Positions 61,714 to 64,000 of a stretch of DNA of 64,000 nt are shown here, one piece after another. The DNA lies in contig NMRA01000003.1 in assembly GCA_002633005.1 (NCBI GenBank), positions 1,091,452-1,155,451 of the forward strand. Reading direction: 5' to 3'. The notes beneath the pieces are model-generated. The model was not told the origin of the DNA. It ran no database searches and saw only the letters and a list, made by a program, of their open reading frames with translations. The position numbers and the translations under genes are program-made. The stretch is from Phoronis australis (taxonomy: Eukaryota; Animalia; Phoronida). Each line of letters begins with the position of its first letter. Position 1 is the first letter of the stretch.

Positions 61714-63752
61714 GCGTTGAAATGCGCATACGAAAGCGACGCAAATGGTGTGCTTCTATAATGTTGTTTTTAGTATCGTTAAAATGGCCATTAAACGGGG
61801 CAGAATACGTAAAACCCGTCCGAAATTGGGAAAGCGTCGTCGTCTATTTATCACAAAACAGTTCGTCAACTTTCACAAAAATCTGCAAAGTGGAATTTTA
61901 AATATAGAGGGGCAAGCGTAAAAAAACAACGAATCGCCATTAGAGGGCACGGCAGTAGTCGAATCTGTCCATCCGATGTCAAGTTAATAGGAATAGACTT
62001 GGCAACTTGTGATCTTGCATGGGGTTTAGATAAAGCTGTAGATGCGAAAATAATGTCATTATGGAGCACCACAGTTATGTTGAATCTATATGATAATTCA
62101 CGCCAGTGCTGCTTATGCCAGTAGGAACACTTCTGCTAATTTTCATAACCGTCCTCTGAGCGGTTTGGAGGACACAGAAGCAGACGGCAAAAAGCAGACT
62201 CAAAAACAATTAACATGGTCACTAGGTGACGCAGAATACGTCGAATCAGTCACAAATTGGAAACTCTGCCATCTTCATAATAGAAACTTAATTTTTCCAC
62301 ATTTCCTAAAAAATCGTCTAGGAACAAGATATAGAGGCAAAGATAAAAAATAAAATTGCTAACTGGGGGCCATAGAGGTAGACAGAGCCGTCCAAGAAGT
62401 CATGGGCAGTCAATGTCACACAAGGGGACGCCACATGCAACAGATCCGCCCAAATATCAATGTCAGGCATGGTCTTCTCACTAAGAACACAACTGCTACA
62501 ATTTATAACGATCCTTAGAGCAATTTAGCAGATAAAGAGACAAACGATAAAAAACGAACTCAAAGTCATAAAAATGGCCGGTAAAAGGCGCAAAATATAT
62601 CGAATCCTTCCGAAAATGGAAATGTATAGTTGTTGCCTTAAAGAAACCTATTTGCCAAAATTTGAACTCCAAAGAAGCAGAAGCACAGTCACGTAAAAAA
62701 ATAAAACTGCCACTTGGGGGAACGTCTGTAGTCGGATTGGTCTGAAACTCATCGTCATCCTTTATCATCTCCATATCCGCCATATTTCACACAGATCCTT
62801 CAAAGAGCCAGGAGATACAGCTGTGGACCAAAAACACAATTTCCACTAGGGGTCGCCACAGTAGTCAAACTCGTCCGGAAATAAGTGTCGGCTGCGGCCT
62901 CCTCATCAGGAACACATCTGCCAATTTTCATAATGATCCTTTGAAAGCTTGGGCGTATATAGGAGGGTGGATCTCAAAATGTGGTTAAAAAATTAAAATT
63001 GTGACCAGTTGGCCCACAATACGTCAAATCGGTAGGAAAAGGGAAGGGTGTCATTGTCTCTTTAAAAGAAATCTTTATGTTAAATTTCATGGAAAGCCCT
63101 CAAGGATCTCAGAAGATACAGAAGCAAATGTAAAAAATTAAAACTGCCACTAGGAGGCACGCCTGCAGTCGGAATGGTGTGAAACTCATCGTCACCCGTT
63201 ATCATCTCCATTATATAGGAACAAGCATATCTGCCAAATTTCACAAAGATACTCCAAAGAATTAAAGGAGATACAGCCGTGGACTAAAAAAAAAAACAAA
63301 AAAACACAAAAATTGCTATCAGGGGTCGCCACAGTAGTCGAACCCGTCCGAACAGTGTTAGCCGCGGTCTTCTAGTCATGAGCAATTGGGCGGACCTCAA
63401 AAATGTACTCATTTTTTTAAATGCCACCAGGTGACGCAGAATACAGTCAAATACGTCCAAAAACGCTTCTTTAATAGAAACCGTTTTTGCTAAATTACAT
63501 GTAAATCCATCAAAGAACTCCAAAGATACAGAGGAAAACGAAAAAAAATAAATAAAATTTCCACTCGGGGACAGAGCGCAAGTCGAATGGTTTGAAACTG
63601 GAGGTCGTATATATGTTTCATAAGAAAAACATTTGTCAAATCCGGCCCATGGCCCTGTACGAGGTTTAGGAGATACAGCCGCAAACGAAGACCGGCGCCG
63701 GACGCGAGTGCGCCCAGACAGAGACGAAGGCAATATGCCGGGCGCATAAAAA
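61714..63752 (-). mobile_element. Strongly diverged fourth copy of the Helentron/DINE-1-like tandem-array element
   Basis: GGGCGCATAAAAA at ~63740-63752, GCGTTGAAATGCGC at ~61714, and periodic CCACTAGG-like units between them. Confidence 0.7.
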
Positions 63753-64000
63753 TCTACTAATTCATGCACGATTTTTCTCCAGTCGCAAGAAACTGATGAT
63801 ACATAGAAGCAGGCATAACTGTCGAGAAATTTGATGAATCCCACCCCATACAACTGCACCAGATCAGAGGCGGGTCCAGGATTTTGAGTTGGGGGTGGGG
63901 GGGCAGGGCATTGTNGCCTCAAGCGCGCGCCCAGCCTAAAATGTAGGGGGTCTCGAATTTTTGGGTTTGTAGACCTTATTACTAAATAGAAACAAACGGG

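Noticed and set aside
63284-63922. 212-aa minus-strand ORF and other ORFs inside the tandem arrays
   Set aside because: They are translations of repeat DNA with no protein motifs.

Overview
Eukaryotic invertebrate genomic DNA: AT-rich, with spliced genes, one N-gap at 4586-4620, and lophotrochozoan- or echinoderm-like repeats; the species cannot be determined. By reading splice sites and frames by hand I built five intron-containing genes: STAM exons 1-2 (minus), a group XII secreted phospholipase A2 (plus), TMEM205 (minus), CREBL2/REPTOR-BP (plus) and an SLC20/PiT phosphate transporter (minus, 12 coding exons, one GC-AG intron). The most notable item is an intact piggyBac-family ORF inside PLA2G12 intron 2 on the same strand. 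Two of its three catalytic Asp are Asn, it has no clear TIR pair, and an upstream splice acceptor is in frame with host exon 2, the same exon-trap layout as CSB-PGBD3. Also present are Helentron/DINE-1-type elements with ~150-bp tandem units that each carry a CTCF-like motif, a perfect 70-bp inverted repeat, and several GC-rich foldback segments near gene 5' ends. All family calls come from motif recognition, not database searches.
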